Below the pieces are notes generated by a model. It was not told the origin of the DNA, searched no databases, and saw only the letters and a program-made list of their open reading frames with translations. Below are positions 55,099 through 64,000 of a DNA stretch of 64,000 bases, one piece after another (positions within the stretch are counted from its first letter, which is position 1; each line of letters opens with the position of its first letter). This stretch comes from Patescibacteria group bacterium (GTDB taxonomy: Bacteria; Patescibacteriota; Minisyncoccia; Phycocordibacterales; Zambryskibacteraceae). The stretch covers positions 27,118 to 91,117 of the forward strand of contig SCSN01000016.1 of NCBI GenBank assembly GCA_004322205.1, read 5' to 3'. Position numbers and translations under genes: made by a program.

Positions 55099-57099
55099 TT
55101 ATGGCCTCGGAGGGGAACCTCCAGGTGTGGTTCCAGCCGGCGGCGGAGCGGCTGGAGGTGTTGTTGGTGCCGCTCCTGGCGGCGCGCCCGCTGGCGGCGG
55201 AGCGGCAGCTGCTACCTGTTTTTTGACTTCTTCATCGATGATTTCTTTAAGTTTATCGCCGGTTGTTTTTTCCTTAATGTCTTTTCTAATCTTTTCAGCC
55301 GCGACCTTATGTTTCCTGCTCACCAAAGGCGACCAGAATGTTCTTCTTTCTATATGCTCTGCGTATTGCCTGGCTCTTTCTTTTCCTTCTCTTTCAGTTT
55401 CTATTCTCGCTTTACTACGAGCGTCGGTTATTTCTTTTTGATATCGCTCTTCAATTATACTTGCGTCTGCTTTGTATTTCTCTTGAGCAGCGTCCTCCAT
55501 TTTTTTTGCTTGTGCTGGATTAGTTTGTTTTATAGCAGCTGCCTGCCTCCTTGCTTGATTTAATTGATTTTTGGAGATGTCAAGATCGAAATCTCTCTTA
55601 AGTTTTGCGCCGAGCACTTTACTTTTTGCTTTATCATGTACCTCAACATCGGAGACTCGCTTGAATTCTTTACCAAGCTCTTCTCTTCTCTTCACTTGTT
55701 TCTCGAAGAACGCTTCGTATCCCCCCTTGCCGCCAGCTTTTCCTATTCCTAAGTCTCCCGCACCGACCGCTTCGCCGACCTTGCCAAGCGGTGTTCGCAC
55801 ATCAAAGCCCCCCTTTGCGATGGCTTTGCTAGTGCCGAGTGTGAGTCTGGCAAGACGACTCTCCGGCGCTCTTTTTCTCAACCATTCGCTTTCAGCAAAT
55901 TTGCTGGCGGCGCGGCCGATTGTCTGTCTGCCAACAAACCCAGCTGTTCCCACCGCCCCTCCCAACACCTTTCCCATAATTTTTTCTCCGACACTGCCTG
56001 CCTGACCAGCGACGGTTTTGGAAATGATGAGTGTGGCGACTGCAAAAATGATGACGATGACAAAGTTCATGACCAGCCCGAATGTTCCCTGCTGGGCTGC
56101 TCCTCCCGCCCCTCCCCCTGCTATACCAGACAGACTACTTGCGAGAACTGATGTGCTGGTAGTGACGCTTCCCGCGGGCGTGCTGGATATCCCTGTTTGG
56201 GCAACGGAACTGCTTATGACTGTAAGCACAACCCAAGTGAGGATCATATAGAGCGGGGCGAAGACTGCTTCTCCCGTGAGCTTACTGCTCCAGAAATTGC
56301 TTACTTTCTCCCCCCAACCGCCCGGCAGAACCGCCCGCAGAAATACCACGGGCGACAAGATAAGAAGAAAAATAAAGTTCACGTATCGTATGAGAAACAT
56401 TATTGAGACAGCAAGAAAGACAAATGCCAACACGACAAAAAAAGCTGATCCGCCGAAAGAGATCGTGGCAAGCTTCCCGAAATCGTTACCGACTTGCTCT
56501 AATATTTTTCCACCCTGTGTTGGGTCAAAGAAGCTCGTCAGACCAAGCGGTTGCATAAAACTGTTGGAGAGTCCGGAACCGAAGATGTCTATTCTCCCAC
56601 TAGGGTTGGCTATGGGAGCTATTCTTTCGTAAAAGAGAACCGCCACAATATTCGAAGCGTCAATGATGAGTTTGGTGAAGAATAAGCTGAAGTTTATGAG
56701 AAGAGCGGCGATGATGATGCCGACGAGTGTCTTCTTCCAGTTCACTTTTTCAAGTCCGAGTATGGTGCCGATGGCGATGTAGAGGAGGATGAAAATGAAC
56801 GCCATATTGGCAACGTCCCGAATCACTCCCCAGGCGATGTTTATGCCCGTGATGCCAGAGAGATTTTGCGCAAGATCCACAACGGTGAATTGCAAAACCG
56901 CATTGAGAAGCACCCCCGCCAGCCAGAGTATCCAGCTTGAGAGCAGCAGTGGTATTGTGATCAGGTCAGCAAACGCTTCGCAAATTCCTCCGAACGGGAA
57001 ACTGCACTTTGCTTCGGCAAAGTAAAAACCAAAAGGGCCGGCCGCAAGAAGGACAAAAAGGACAACAATCAGACCTATTCGAAAGTATTTTTTCATCAC
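55099..57099 (-). CDS. VirB6/TrbL-like polytopic membrane protein with Lys/Glu-rich and Pro/Ala-rich C-terminal tail
   Basis: It has at least 7 TM helices in the N-terminal 420 aa, and a charged coiled-coil followed by a PPAGAPPGAAPTTPPAAPPPAG tail. Confidence 0.5.
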   Translation of the reverse strand: MMKKYFRIGLIVVLFVLLAAGPFGFYFAEAKCSFPFGGICEAFADLITIPLLLSSWILWLAGVLLNAVLQFTVVDLAQNLSGITGINIAWGVIRDVANMAFIFILLYIAIGTILGLEKVNWKKTLVGIIIAALLINFSLFFTKLIIDASNIVAVLFYERIAPIANPSGRIDIFGSGLSNSFMQPLGLTSFFDPTQGGKILEQVGNDFGKLATISFGGSAFFVVLAFVFLAVSIMFLIRYVNFIFLLILSPVVFLRAVLPGGWGEKVSNFWSSKLTGEAVFAPLYMILTWVVLTVISSSVAQTGISSTPAGSVTTSTSVLASSLSGIAGGGAGGAAQQGTFGLVMNFVIVIIFAVATLIISKTVAGQAGSVGEKIMGKVLGGAVGTAGFVGRQTIGRAASKFAESEWLRKRAPESRLARLTLGTSKAIAKGGFDVRTPLGKVGEAVGAGDLGIGKAGGKGGYEAFFEKQVKRREELGKEFKRVSDVEVHDKAKSKVLGAKLKRDFDLDISKNQLNQARRQAAAIKQTNPAQAKKMEDAAQEKYKADASIIEERYQKEITDARSKARIETEREGKERARQYAEHIERRTFWSPLVSRKHKVAAEKIRKDIKEKTTGDKLKEIIDEEVKKQVAAAAPPPAGAPPGAAPTTPPAAPPPAGTTPGGSPPRP

Positions 57100-58631
57100 G
57101 GATTTACGAAAATGAGTCTTATTTGCGTCTGCGCCCTATCACCCACCAAATCTGTCACGTCGTATCGTAGTGAGTAAAGGCCAGAAGTGTTTGTATCAAC
57201 CGTTCCTGACACGGTAACTCTTGAAGTTATGTCTCCATCCTCTGCGTCAGTTGCCACAAACCCCGGCTCGTTGTAGGTGTCCCCAACCTTAAGATTCATT
57301 GTCTTAGGGTCGTTGAGAGTGACAACAGGCGGAGTGTTTGTAATCGGTCCGAAGGGAAATCCGCCGCCGGGTCCGGTGACACTCGGTTGAACAATAATTG
57401 TGCGGATTGCTTGCGCTGTTTGCCCTGAAGAGTTGGTTACTGTGTAGGTCAAGTTGTATGTACCGGGCACCGAAGTGTCCACAATTCCTGAAACTACAAC
57501 TTGCCCTGTGAGACTGCCCTCGTTGGGATCGAGGGCGACATAGCCGGGTTCGATGTATGCATCGCCCACCGAAAGTGTCATGGGATTTGGATCTGCCAAG
57601 AAAATTGTAAGGGTGGCGGGGGAGCCAGGTATAGCCACCCCACCGGAGCCGCCAGAGAGCTGCTGCCCGTTAAACAAGCCGCTGCCCCCGAACACTTCAC
57701 CGAGAACCTTGCCAATAATTGCATCTATAACAGCCCCGATCGTTTCGTCCAGTTCGTCCGCGACCTCAAGAGATCTTTGTTTTGTTCCCAAAACTTGATT
57801 GAGTCCCTCCTCTATGACAACACCCGGTGTTTTTGTCGGTCCTCGCTTTAGACATTTTCCAGAACCAGTCATTCCACTCTGGGCGTCGGCAAAATCATCT
57901 CGTTCGAGACAATCTGAGAAAGAAAGAAAACCATCTGCCCAGTTAAGACGGGTAAGCTCAATACTTTTCTCACCGGCAAGTCTTACAGAGAGTTGAGCTT
58001 GCGCGTCCAAAACGGCGCTGTAAGGATTTCCCTGCGGTGTTTGCGTTAGTTGATACCAACCGCCCCACCCTCCCTGGCTGAAATCGCCTTTGATGAACTG
58101 ATCTACGTTTTGCACCACCCCACTCAAGGTACAGCTTCCGATGTATGGGTCGCGTGAGCGTATTCGCGAACTGTTGTAGTTAAGAGCAATTGCTTGTTGA
58201 ACTTCAAGTCGAAACGGACTGCAGAGCGCTCCGAACCCAGAGCTTCGGATGAAGTCTCCGGCAACCACGTCTCCTACTCCAAGAAAAAACTGTTCGGGGT
58301 CTGTGGCAAAAAGTGGTCCTCCTTCAAACCCCCTTTTTGCCCAATTGGTGATGCTCTGAGTGATGGCACTCGCGGCGACCTTGGCGGCAACCCAGGCCAG
58401 ACCATCAAGGCTGGTGGGGATGCCAAGTCTGGACAAAACACTCAGTAATCCACCTTTTCCTGTTTCTTTTTCTCGCAATTTTCCCTCGCTTACCGGGACG
58501 TCTCCACTCCCAAGAATACTAATGGCTTCGGTCTCTCGAGGATAAAAGAAAGCGAGGTTTGCGAACAAAAGGGAAACAATCAAAGCCGCAGCCGCGGTAT
58601 TTCTCGCTCGTGTAAGTAGAGAGCGTCTCAT
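57096..58631 (-). CDS. secreted protein with two C-terminal Ig-like (DUF5011-type) domains
   Basis: It has a signal/TM region, and the tandem repeats LSVGDAYIEPGYVALDPNEGSLTGQVVVSGIVDTSVPGTYNLTYTV and LKVGDTYNEPGFVATDAEDGDITSRVTVSGTVDTNTSGLYSLRYDV are Ig-like. Confidence 0.5.
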   Translation of the reverse strand: MRRSLLTRARNTAAAALIVSLLFANLAFFYPRETEAISILGSGDVPVSEGKLREKETGKGGLLSVLSRLGIPTSLDGLAWVAAKVAASAITQSITNWAKRGFEGGPLFATDPEQFFLGVGDVVAGDFIRSSGFGALCSPFRLEVQQAIALNYNSSRIRSRDPYIGSCTLSGVVQNVDQFIKGDFSQGGWGGWYQLTQTPQGNPYSAVLDAQAQLSVRLAGEKSIELTRLNWADGFLSFSDCLERDDFADAQSGMTGSGKCLKRGPTKTPGVVIEEGLNQVLGTKQRSLEVADELDETIGAVIDAIIGKVLGEVFGGSGLFNGQQLSGGSGGVAIPGSPATLTIFLADPNPMTLSVGDAYIEPGYVALDPNEGSLTGQVVVSGIVDTSVPGTYNLTYTVTNSSGQTAQAIRTIIVQPSVTGPGGGFPFGPITNTPPVVTLNDPKTMNLKVGDTYNEPGFVATDAEDGDITSRVTVSGTVDTNTSGLYSLRYDVTDLVGDRAQTQIRLIFVNP

Positions 58632-59671
58632 TGAGATTTAGTGATGAAAACTCCGCCTGATTCAGAGAAAATTATACCACGCGTCGCCAGATAATTTTCT
58701 AATGTTTTCAACAAAGATGACTCTTCGGCGCTGTTCTCCTTGATTTTTCTGATGGATGTTAACCCCGGCAGAGGATCGGACTTGATAAGCAGAAGGTTTT
58801 TGAATTCGGCCGACGTTTGCAGGTAGTTATTCATGAGAGAGACTTGGGTAGCGGCGATTTCTTTCGGTACAGACAGTTTCTGCAGGTCTTGTGCAAGCGC
58901 AATATAGGCATCCGAGACTTGAGTGATACGTTCCTTAAATTTAGGACTTTCTGGATCAACCAGTTGTTTGTAGTCAGCGGAAGCCCCTTCAAGTTTACTG
59001 CGTGTGTTTTGGTAGACAGAGAGGAGGTTGTTGGCATAGCTAAGCAAGGTCGCCTGCGTTGCCCCCGTCGGGATGATTTGTAAGTCTGCTAGGGAGTATG
59101 TCTTTTTCGGCTGCGGTGTGGATATACTTCCGGCAGCTCGAGCGGCAATATCAAAAATAGAGTCGGGGTTAATGCCCCCCGACTGCTTCATGGACAGATA
59201 ATCAGCAAAAAGTTTTTTACTGATCTCATCTGTTTGGTTTTCACTCTGATTTGCCGTCGAGTCATTCCTTTCGAATATCGGCAGAGCTGAATTCGCTGTT
59301 TCTTTTTGTTTTGCTATCTCCTTCTCGTCTGTCAAGCCGTTACCGTTTGTATCGGGATTGTCTGGATCGGTTCCCCAGATCACCTCTTCCCAGTCCTTGA
59401 GCCCGTCGCCGTCGCTGTCGAGCTCTGAAACAGCGGGCAGGTTTTGGGACGAGGAGGGCTTTGTTTGGGAATAGATTGCCGGTTTCTGATTTTGCGAAAA
59501 GTAAAATATTGCCCCCACCAATGCGGCAGCAAGGATGAAGATGAGGATGATCTTTTTGCTCGGCACGCTCTTATTATAGCCCGCATTTGAGAAGTTTGGT
59601 ATAATTAAAGAGCTTATGCGACATCTTCTCTTGCCGTTTTTTCTCGCCTTTCTTTTTGTTGTTTGGCTCAC
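58628..59671 (-). CDS. membrane-anchored protein with Asp-rich calcium-binding (thrombospondin type-3-like) repeats
   Basis: It has a TM helix (IILIFILAAALVGAIFYF) and SELDSDGDGLKDWEEVIWGTDPDNPDTNGNGLTDEKE. The true start is probably downstream of 59671, because the first about 35 codons are dubious and overlap ORF 59616. Confidence 0.45.
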   Translation of the reverse strand: MSQTTKRKARKNGKRRCRISSLIIPNFSNAGYNKSVPSKKIILIFILAAALVGAIFYFSQNQKPAIYSQTKPSSSQNLPAVSELDSDGDGLKDWEEVIWGTDPDNPDTNGNGLTDEKEIAKQKETANSALPIFERNDSTANQSENQTDEISKKLFADYLSMKQSGGINPDSIFDIAARAAGSISTPQPKKTYSLADLQIIPTGATQATLLSYANNLLSVYQNTRSKLEGASADYKQLVDPESPKFKERITQVSDAYIALAQDLQKLSVPKEIAATQVSLMNNYLQTSAEFKNLLLIKSDPLPGLTSIRKIKENSAEESSLLKTLENYLATRGIIFSESGGVFITKSQ

Positions 59672-59978
59672 CCCTGTGGGGGCGCTTGCCTTGAGTCTGG
59701 GTTCTGCCGCCGCGCGGACATTTGGCGGTAGGATTTTGGCTGTGATTGGTTGTAATGCCGGAGGCTCGGCAGTGCTCGTTGGGCCGCCGAAACCGGGACT
59801 GTTTTTATACCAGCCGCCCGCCTCGACGCTCTATAACAGAAAGAATCTCACACCCGTGAGGTGGGTTCTCGGCAACTATACTCCCGGCGGGGTCTGCGTC
59901 ATTACGATTGGCGGGCTTATTCCAACTCCTGTAGCTTTGCCAATTCAGGGAACGATAAGCAAAATCGGCACCTCATAA
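59616..59978 (+). CDS. small Gly-rich secreted protein (hypothetical)
   Basis: It is an ORF with a signal peptide (MRHLLLPFFLAFLFVVWLTPVGALA). Confidence 0.3.
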   Translation: MRHLLLPFFLAFLFVVWLTPVGALALSLGSAAARTFGGRILAVIGCNAGGSAVLVGPPKPGLFLYQPPASTLYNRKNLTPVRWVLGNYTPGGVCVITIGGLIPTPVALPIQGTISKIGTS

Positions 59979-60800
59979 GTGCTTTGAGAGACAGAGCCAA
60001 TCTTTGGCGGAGAGGTTTTCAGGACGATTCAAGAGGTTGAGCCTGCAGGCGGTAAATGACTTTTCTATTTCTTCCCGCTCGAATTCTCTTTCTAAGACCC
60101 TCGAGAGTTTCTTTCTTTTCTGCGAAAAACCGGCTCTGACGATCTCGAAAAATTTTTTCTCGTTAAGGCGGCGGAAATTTTTTCTTGAAATGTCTTCGAC
60201 AGCAAGAATTGCTGAATCAACTTTGGGCGGAGGAAAGAAGTTTCCTCTTTTGACGATTGAAACGATTCGAGGAGTGCCGTAGGTTTTGACGCTTATGGAA
60301 AGAATGCTTTCCTTTTTGTCGCGCGCGACAATGCGCTCTGCCACTTCTTTTTGTAATAGAAGAATCATGTCGTTCGGCTGGTTTTTGCTCGAGAGAAATT
60401 CTTTCAAGAATCTGCCGGTGATATAGTAGGGAATATTTGCCACGATTTTGTAGCGCTGACCACGGAACACAGAGCGCAAATCCATTTCAAGAATGTCGCC
60501 GTGAATTATTTTCAAATCTCCGCTCTTGATCTCTTTTACAAAACGCTCTTGCAGAAGCGGTATGAGTCTATCGTCTTTTTCAACTGTTACCACCCGCGCG
60601 CCGGCGTTAAGAAGCGCTGTTGTTAGGTTTCCCTTTCCTGGTCCCACTTCGAGCACTCGCTCTCCACTTTTTATTTTTGCGGCGGCAACAATTTTTTGAA
60701 AAATGCCCGGCGAATGCAGAAAATGCTGCCCCAGAGATTTTTTTGCCCAGAAGAATTTTTTTACAAAAGGCTTGCCTTCTCTGTTTTCATTCCGTTTCAT
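59973..60800 (-). CDS. rsmA: 16S rRNA (adenine1518/1519-N6)-dimethyltransferase
   Basis: LGQHFL, VLEVGPGKGNLT and NIPYYIT are KsgA motifs. Confidence 0.85.
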   Translation of the reverse strand: MKRNENREGKPFVKKFFWAKKSLGQHFLHSPGIFQKIVAAAKIKSGERVLEVGPGKGNLTTALLNAGARVVTVEKDDRLIPLLQERFVKEIKSGDLKIIHGDILEMDLRSVFRGQRYKIVANIPYYITGRFLKEFLSSKNQPNDMILLLQKEVAERIVARDKKESILSISVKTYGTPRIVSIVKRGNFFPPPKVDSAILAVEDISRKNFRRLNEKKFFEIVRAGFSQKRKKLSRVLEREFEREEIEKSFTACRLNLLNRPENLSAKDWLCLSKHL

Positions 60801-60856
60801 TTTTTGACTCCCGACAACATGTTTGGAGTGCGCTGAAAATTTGCCGGTTTTCATAA

Positions 60857-62785
60857 TTAAAATTTTATGACGCGCAAGGGTTTACGCAGGAGACCGTAGT
60901 TCCCTTCCTCCTCGATAATCCAGCGCTCTGGGATGTCGGTGATAAACTCGGAAGGAATGTTTATTTGCCGAGTGCCATAGAGAGTCCGGATCTGCGTGTA
61001 TGAGAGAAAAATTTTCTTCCGCGCTCGAGTCAGCGCCACGTAAAAGAGCCGCCGCTCTTCTTCGGCCTCCTCGGCAGTTATAGCGGTGTCGCGCTCGTGG
61101 GGGAAAAGTCCTTCTTCAAGTCCGGTAATAAAGACATAGTCGAATTCGAGACCTTTAGCGGCGTGCACTGTCATGAGTTTCACTCCCTTCTTCGGTCTTT
61201 CCAGATCGTCTTGCTCACTGGCAAGTGCGGCTTCTGTTAGAAGCCGCACGACTCCCTCACCGCTTGCGAGATTGTCATAGCGGCTGGCGAAGGTGACAAG
61301 CTCCTTGAGGTTCTCGAGGCGCTCGGTGTCTTCCTCGCCCCCCCGCTCCAGTTCTTCCCGGAGCCCCGAGGTTTCGAGAATAAAACGCAGTGTCAAAGAG
61401 ACAGGCTCGCCTCCCATGCGCCCTCGGATCTCCTCGAGGAATTTTTTAAGATTACCCCACCCGTCGCGAGCCTTGCCCGAAAGCTCTCCCTCTTTACCCT
61501 CGAAGATTTTGAGAAGCGAGATCTTGCCGATGCCGCGTGTCGGGACGTTTATGATGCGTTTGAGGTCGGAAAGACTCCCCGGGTTAAGTGCGGCGCGCAG
61601 GTAGGAGAGCAGGTCTTTGACTTCTTTGCGTTCAAAAAATCGCGTCCCAACTATTTGGTAAGGGATGTCGTAGGAGAGAAATGCCTCTTCTAGAGCGCGC
61701 GACTGAAAATTTGCCCGGAAAAGCACTGCTATCTCCTCAAGTCTCACTCCTTGCTCGCGAAGCCTGCCGGCAGTGGCGGCGACAAACTCCGCTTCACTTC
61801 CCTCGTCCGGCGCTTCATAGAGAGAAATTGCTTCGCCAACCGGATTTTTTGTGAAGAGTCGCTTTTCTTTGCGATAGATATTTTTTGCAATGATAGCATT
61901 AGCCGCATCGAGGATGGTTTTTGTTGAGCGGTAGTTCTCTTCAAGAACAATAATTCTTGCTTCCGAGTAGTCTTTTTCAAAGTCCAGAATGTTGCGAAGC
62001 CGCGCCCCCCGCCAGCTGTAGATGTTCTGATCAATGTCGCCGACCACGCAGATGTTTTGATCTGAAGCGGCAAGCTTGCGGACGAGGAGATATTGAATAT
62101 GATTGGTGTCTTGATACTCGTCGATGTGGATGTAGCGCCACTGTCTCTGATACTTGGCGAGAACCTCTTTGCGGCGCAGAAGCCCTTCGGCGGCGGTGAG
62201 CAGGTCGTCGAAGTCAAGGGCGCGCTCCCGCGAGAGAATGCGCTCATACTCCTCCCAGATTCTGCCAATTTCCCTGCCGATATACTCGCCGCTCTCACGC
62301 GCCTGAAACTCCTCTAAAGATATGCCGTTACCTTTTTCTTTTGAGATAACTCCGAGAATCCGCGCCGGATCAAATTGTTTGGGGTCAAGCCCGGCCGCTT
62401 TGACCGCCTGACGGATGGCTTGCCGCGAATCGGCGCGGTCGAAAATGGCAAAATGGCGCGGCAAGTCAAGAAGTCTGGCGTGCTCGCGGATAATGTGGGC
62501 GGCGAGACTATGGAAGGTGCTTACAAAGGGGGTTTCGCCGGAAGCCAAAGCGCTTATTTCAGTGGTATCTGTGAGAAGCCCCCTTATCCGCTCTCTCATT
62601 TCCGAGGCGGCTTTGTTAGTGAAAGTAATGGCAAGAATTGAGGTCGGCGCCACCCCCATCCGAATGAGGTTCCCAATTCGCTCAACAATAACTCTGGTTT
62701 TCCCCGCTCCGGCTCCGGCAAGGATAAGGACCGGTCCCTTGATGGTTTCAACCGCCTCTCTTTGGGCTGGGTTGAGGCTGTTCAT
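60857..62785 (-). CDS. pcrA: ATP-dependent DNA helicase PcrA/UvrD
   Basis: LNPAQREAV, AGAGAGKTRV, DEYQDTN and other SF1 helicase motifs are present. Confidence 0.9.
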   Translation of the reverse strand: MNSLNPAQREAVETIKGPVLILAGAGAGKTRVIVERIGNLIRMGVAPTSILAITFTNKAASEMRERIRGLLTDTTEISALASGETPFVSTFHSLAAHIIREHARLLDLPRHFAIFDRADSRQAIRQAVKAAGLDPKQFDPARILGVISKEKGNGISLEEFQARESGEYIGREIGRIWEEYERILSRERALDFDDLLTAAEGLLRRKEVLAKYQRQWRYIHIDEYQDTNHIQYLLVRKLAASDQNICVVGDIDQNIYSWRGARLRNILDFEKDYSEARIIVLEENYRSTKTILDAANAIIAKNIYRKEKRLFTKNPVGEAISLYEAPDEGSEAEFVAATAGRLREQGVRLEEIAVLFRANFQSRALEEAFLSYDIPYQIVGTRFFERKEVKDLLSYLRAALNPGSLSDLKRIINVPTRGIGKISLLKIFEGKEGELSGKARDGWGNLKKFLEEIRGRMGGEPVSLTLRFILETSGLREELERGGEEDTERLENLKELVTFASRYDNLASGEGVVRLLTEAALASEQDDLERPKKGVKLMTVHAAKGLEFDYVFITGLEEGLFPHERDTAITAEEAEEERRLFYVALTRARKKIFLSYTQIRTLYGTRQINIPSEFITDIPERWIIEEEGNYGLLRKPLRVIKF

Positions 62786-62923
62786 GGAGCTACTATAGCA
62801 TGGCTGTGTCATACCGATATTACAAATCAACCCCAGAATGGCTATAAATAAGCCCGGTTTGTGCTATTCGTAATATTCTTTAGTTCGTATGTTTATCTTG
62901 TCCACAGAGGTGGAAAACTTTTG

Positions 62924-62951
62924 TTGACGCACAGGCCTCCGGAGCTATAAT
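62924..62951 (+). promoter_or_regulatory. sigma70-like promoter (TTGACG-N16-TATAAT)
   Basis: TTGACG lies at 62924-29 and TATAAT at 62946-51, upstream of the peptidase gene. Confidence 0.45.
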
Positions 62952-63138
62952 TGTTCCTAACCGGTGTGATGAACGATTGAAAAAGTGGCTCTACAGAGCC
63001 ACGTAGTGTCTGGACGAAAGAATTATCAGTAAACAGAGGCTTATTTTACCATCTTCTCCACGGCGGACCCGCTTTTCGCGGTTTCTTGCAAGGGTCCGAA
63101 CCATACGTTTTCCCCTGACGGGGCTTTCAATTAGTGCC

Positions 63139-64000
63139 TTGCTCGTTTTTAGTTTGAGCTTTCCGAGCGGTGTCTCCGCCGGGCTTCTTTCTTTTGTCTC
63201 TGTTTTCTTTGGCTCAGGAGTGAAGGGAGAATCTCACGAGAGGGTTCAAAATTCCCAGACCATGCCCCTCCTACAGGGCGTGCTTAACATTAACCCCAAT
63301 GCGCCGCGGGGCGGCGGCGATATTACTATTGTCGGCGGCACGGCACTTCTTTTTGAGGGATTAGGCGGGCTTTCGGAGAATCTCGACGACCGCCCCATTT
63401 CCGACCAAATTAGCATCTATGTGGTGAGAGAGGGCGATACACTCTCGGGAATCGCCAAGATGTTCGGGGTTTCGGTAAATACCATTCGCTGGAACAACGA
63501 GATCCGCGGCTCGGCTATTTCTCCCGGTCAGACTCTTGTCATTCTACCCGTTTCCGGTATCCGCCACACAGTAAAGAAAGGTGAAACTCTAGCTGGTATT
63601 GCCAAGCTCTATAGGGGCGATTTGGGGGAAATCAAGCGGTATAACAACATTACCGAATCTACCAGGCTTGCGGTCGGCGACGTGGTGATTGTTCCGGATG
63701 GCGAACTGCCGGCGAGCACTCCAGCAAGTTCACAGGTCAAGTTCGTGACAAGCACGAAAGTATATGAGGGGTATTATCTGCGACCGGTGGGCGGCCCAAA
63801 GACGCAGGGTGTTCACGGCTATAACGGTGTTGACCTTGGCTCGCCTCTGGGCACGCCCATTCTTGCCTCGGCTTCCGGCAGAGTGATTATAAGCAGAAAT
63901 TCCGGCTGGAACGGCGGCTATGGTCGCTACATTGTCATTCAGCATGGTAACGGCACCCAGACACTCTATTCTCACAACAGCGAAAATATTGTCTTTGAGG
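63139..64000 (+). CDS. LysM-domain M23-family metallopeptidase, 3' partial (runs off window)
   Basis: It has an N-terminal TM/signal region, two LysM repeats (YVVREGDTLSGIAKMFGVSVNTIRWNN and HTVKKGETLAGIAKLYRGDLGEIKRYNN), then M23 motifs (HGYNGVDLGSPLGTPILA... HGNGTQTLYSHN). The start is uncertain (TTG 63139/63154 or ATG 63262). Confidence 0.7.
   Translation, partial: MLVFSLSFPSGVSAGLLSFVSVFFGSGVKGESHERVQNSQTMPLLQGVLNINPNAPRGGGDITIVGGTALLFEGLGGLSENLDDRPISDQISIYVVREGDTLSGIAKMFGVSVNTIRWNNEIRGSAISPGQTLVILPVSGIRHTVKKGETLAGIAKLYRGDLGEIKRYNNITESTRLAVGDVVIVPDGELPASTPASSQVKFVTSTKVYEGYYLRPVGGPKTQGVHGYNGVDLGSPLGTPILASASGRVIISRNSGWNGGYGRYIVIQHGNGTQTLYSHNSENIVFE

Noticed and set aside
62960-63140. Possible structured ncRNA (hairpins gtggctct-ac-agagccac and ggaccc...gggtcc) between uvrD and the peptidase gene
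   Set aside because: The open frame of the LysM/M23 peptidase extends back through most of it, to about 63007, with a hydrophobic N-terminus starting near 63139. It is better explained as 5' UTR plus N-terminal coding sequence. I could not match it to SRP, tmRNA, 6S or RNase P RNA by eye.
1-64000. CRISPR arrays, rRNA genes, toxin-antitoxin pairs
   Set aside because: I found no regularly spaced short repeats with unique spacers and no rRNA-like conserved stretches. No convincing toxin-antitoxin pair was found.

Overview
This window looks like a small-genome bacterial chromosome segment (small genes, type IV pilus and a type IV secretion-like cluster, so a CPR/Patescibacteria-like lineage is an inference only) running across the replication origin. 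Recognisable housekeeping genes include dnaA-dnaN, rpmH-rnpA, yidC, ruvA/ruvB/ruvC/ruvX, polA, holA, uvrD/pcrA, fpg, tag, mpg, murE, tyrS, PBP1A, rplS, rpsT, ksgA and tsaE. The pilMNOP-like and pilB genes, seven tRNAs and a T4SS-like cluster (VirB4-like, PrgI, VirB6-like) are also present. The most notable accessory content is a complete diversity-generating retroelement (DGR) at about 3.7-6.3 kb. It has a DGR-type reverse transcriptase (SQ motif), an Avd four-helix-bundle gene, and a 126-bp template repeat (TR) and variable repeat (VR) that differ only at TR adenines, with the VR at the 3' end of a 212-aa target gene. A (CCAA)10 tetranucleotide microsatellite sits exactly at the divergent RT/avd junction, and an IS256-family transposase and a truncated DNA methyltransferase lie beside the DGR. 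Other accessory features are a tRNA-associated mosaic of large-serine-recombinase gene copies and fragments with several classes of direct repeats (about 12.7-22.1 kb), an AT-rich LAGLIDADG homing-endonuclease insertion flanked by duplicated tRNA-Lys 3' ends, and an orphan second Avd-like gene inside the T4SS-like cluster. There are also a dispersed 23-bp GC-rich palindromic motif and several large hairpins. No CRISPR array or rRNA was seen.
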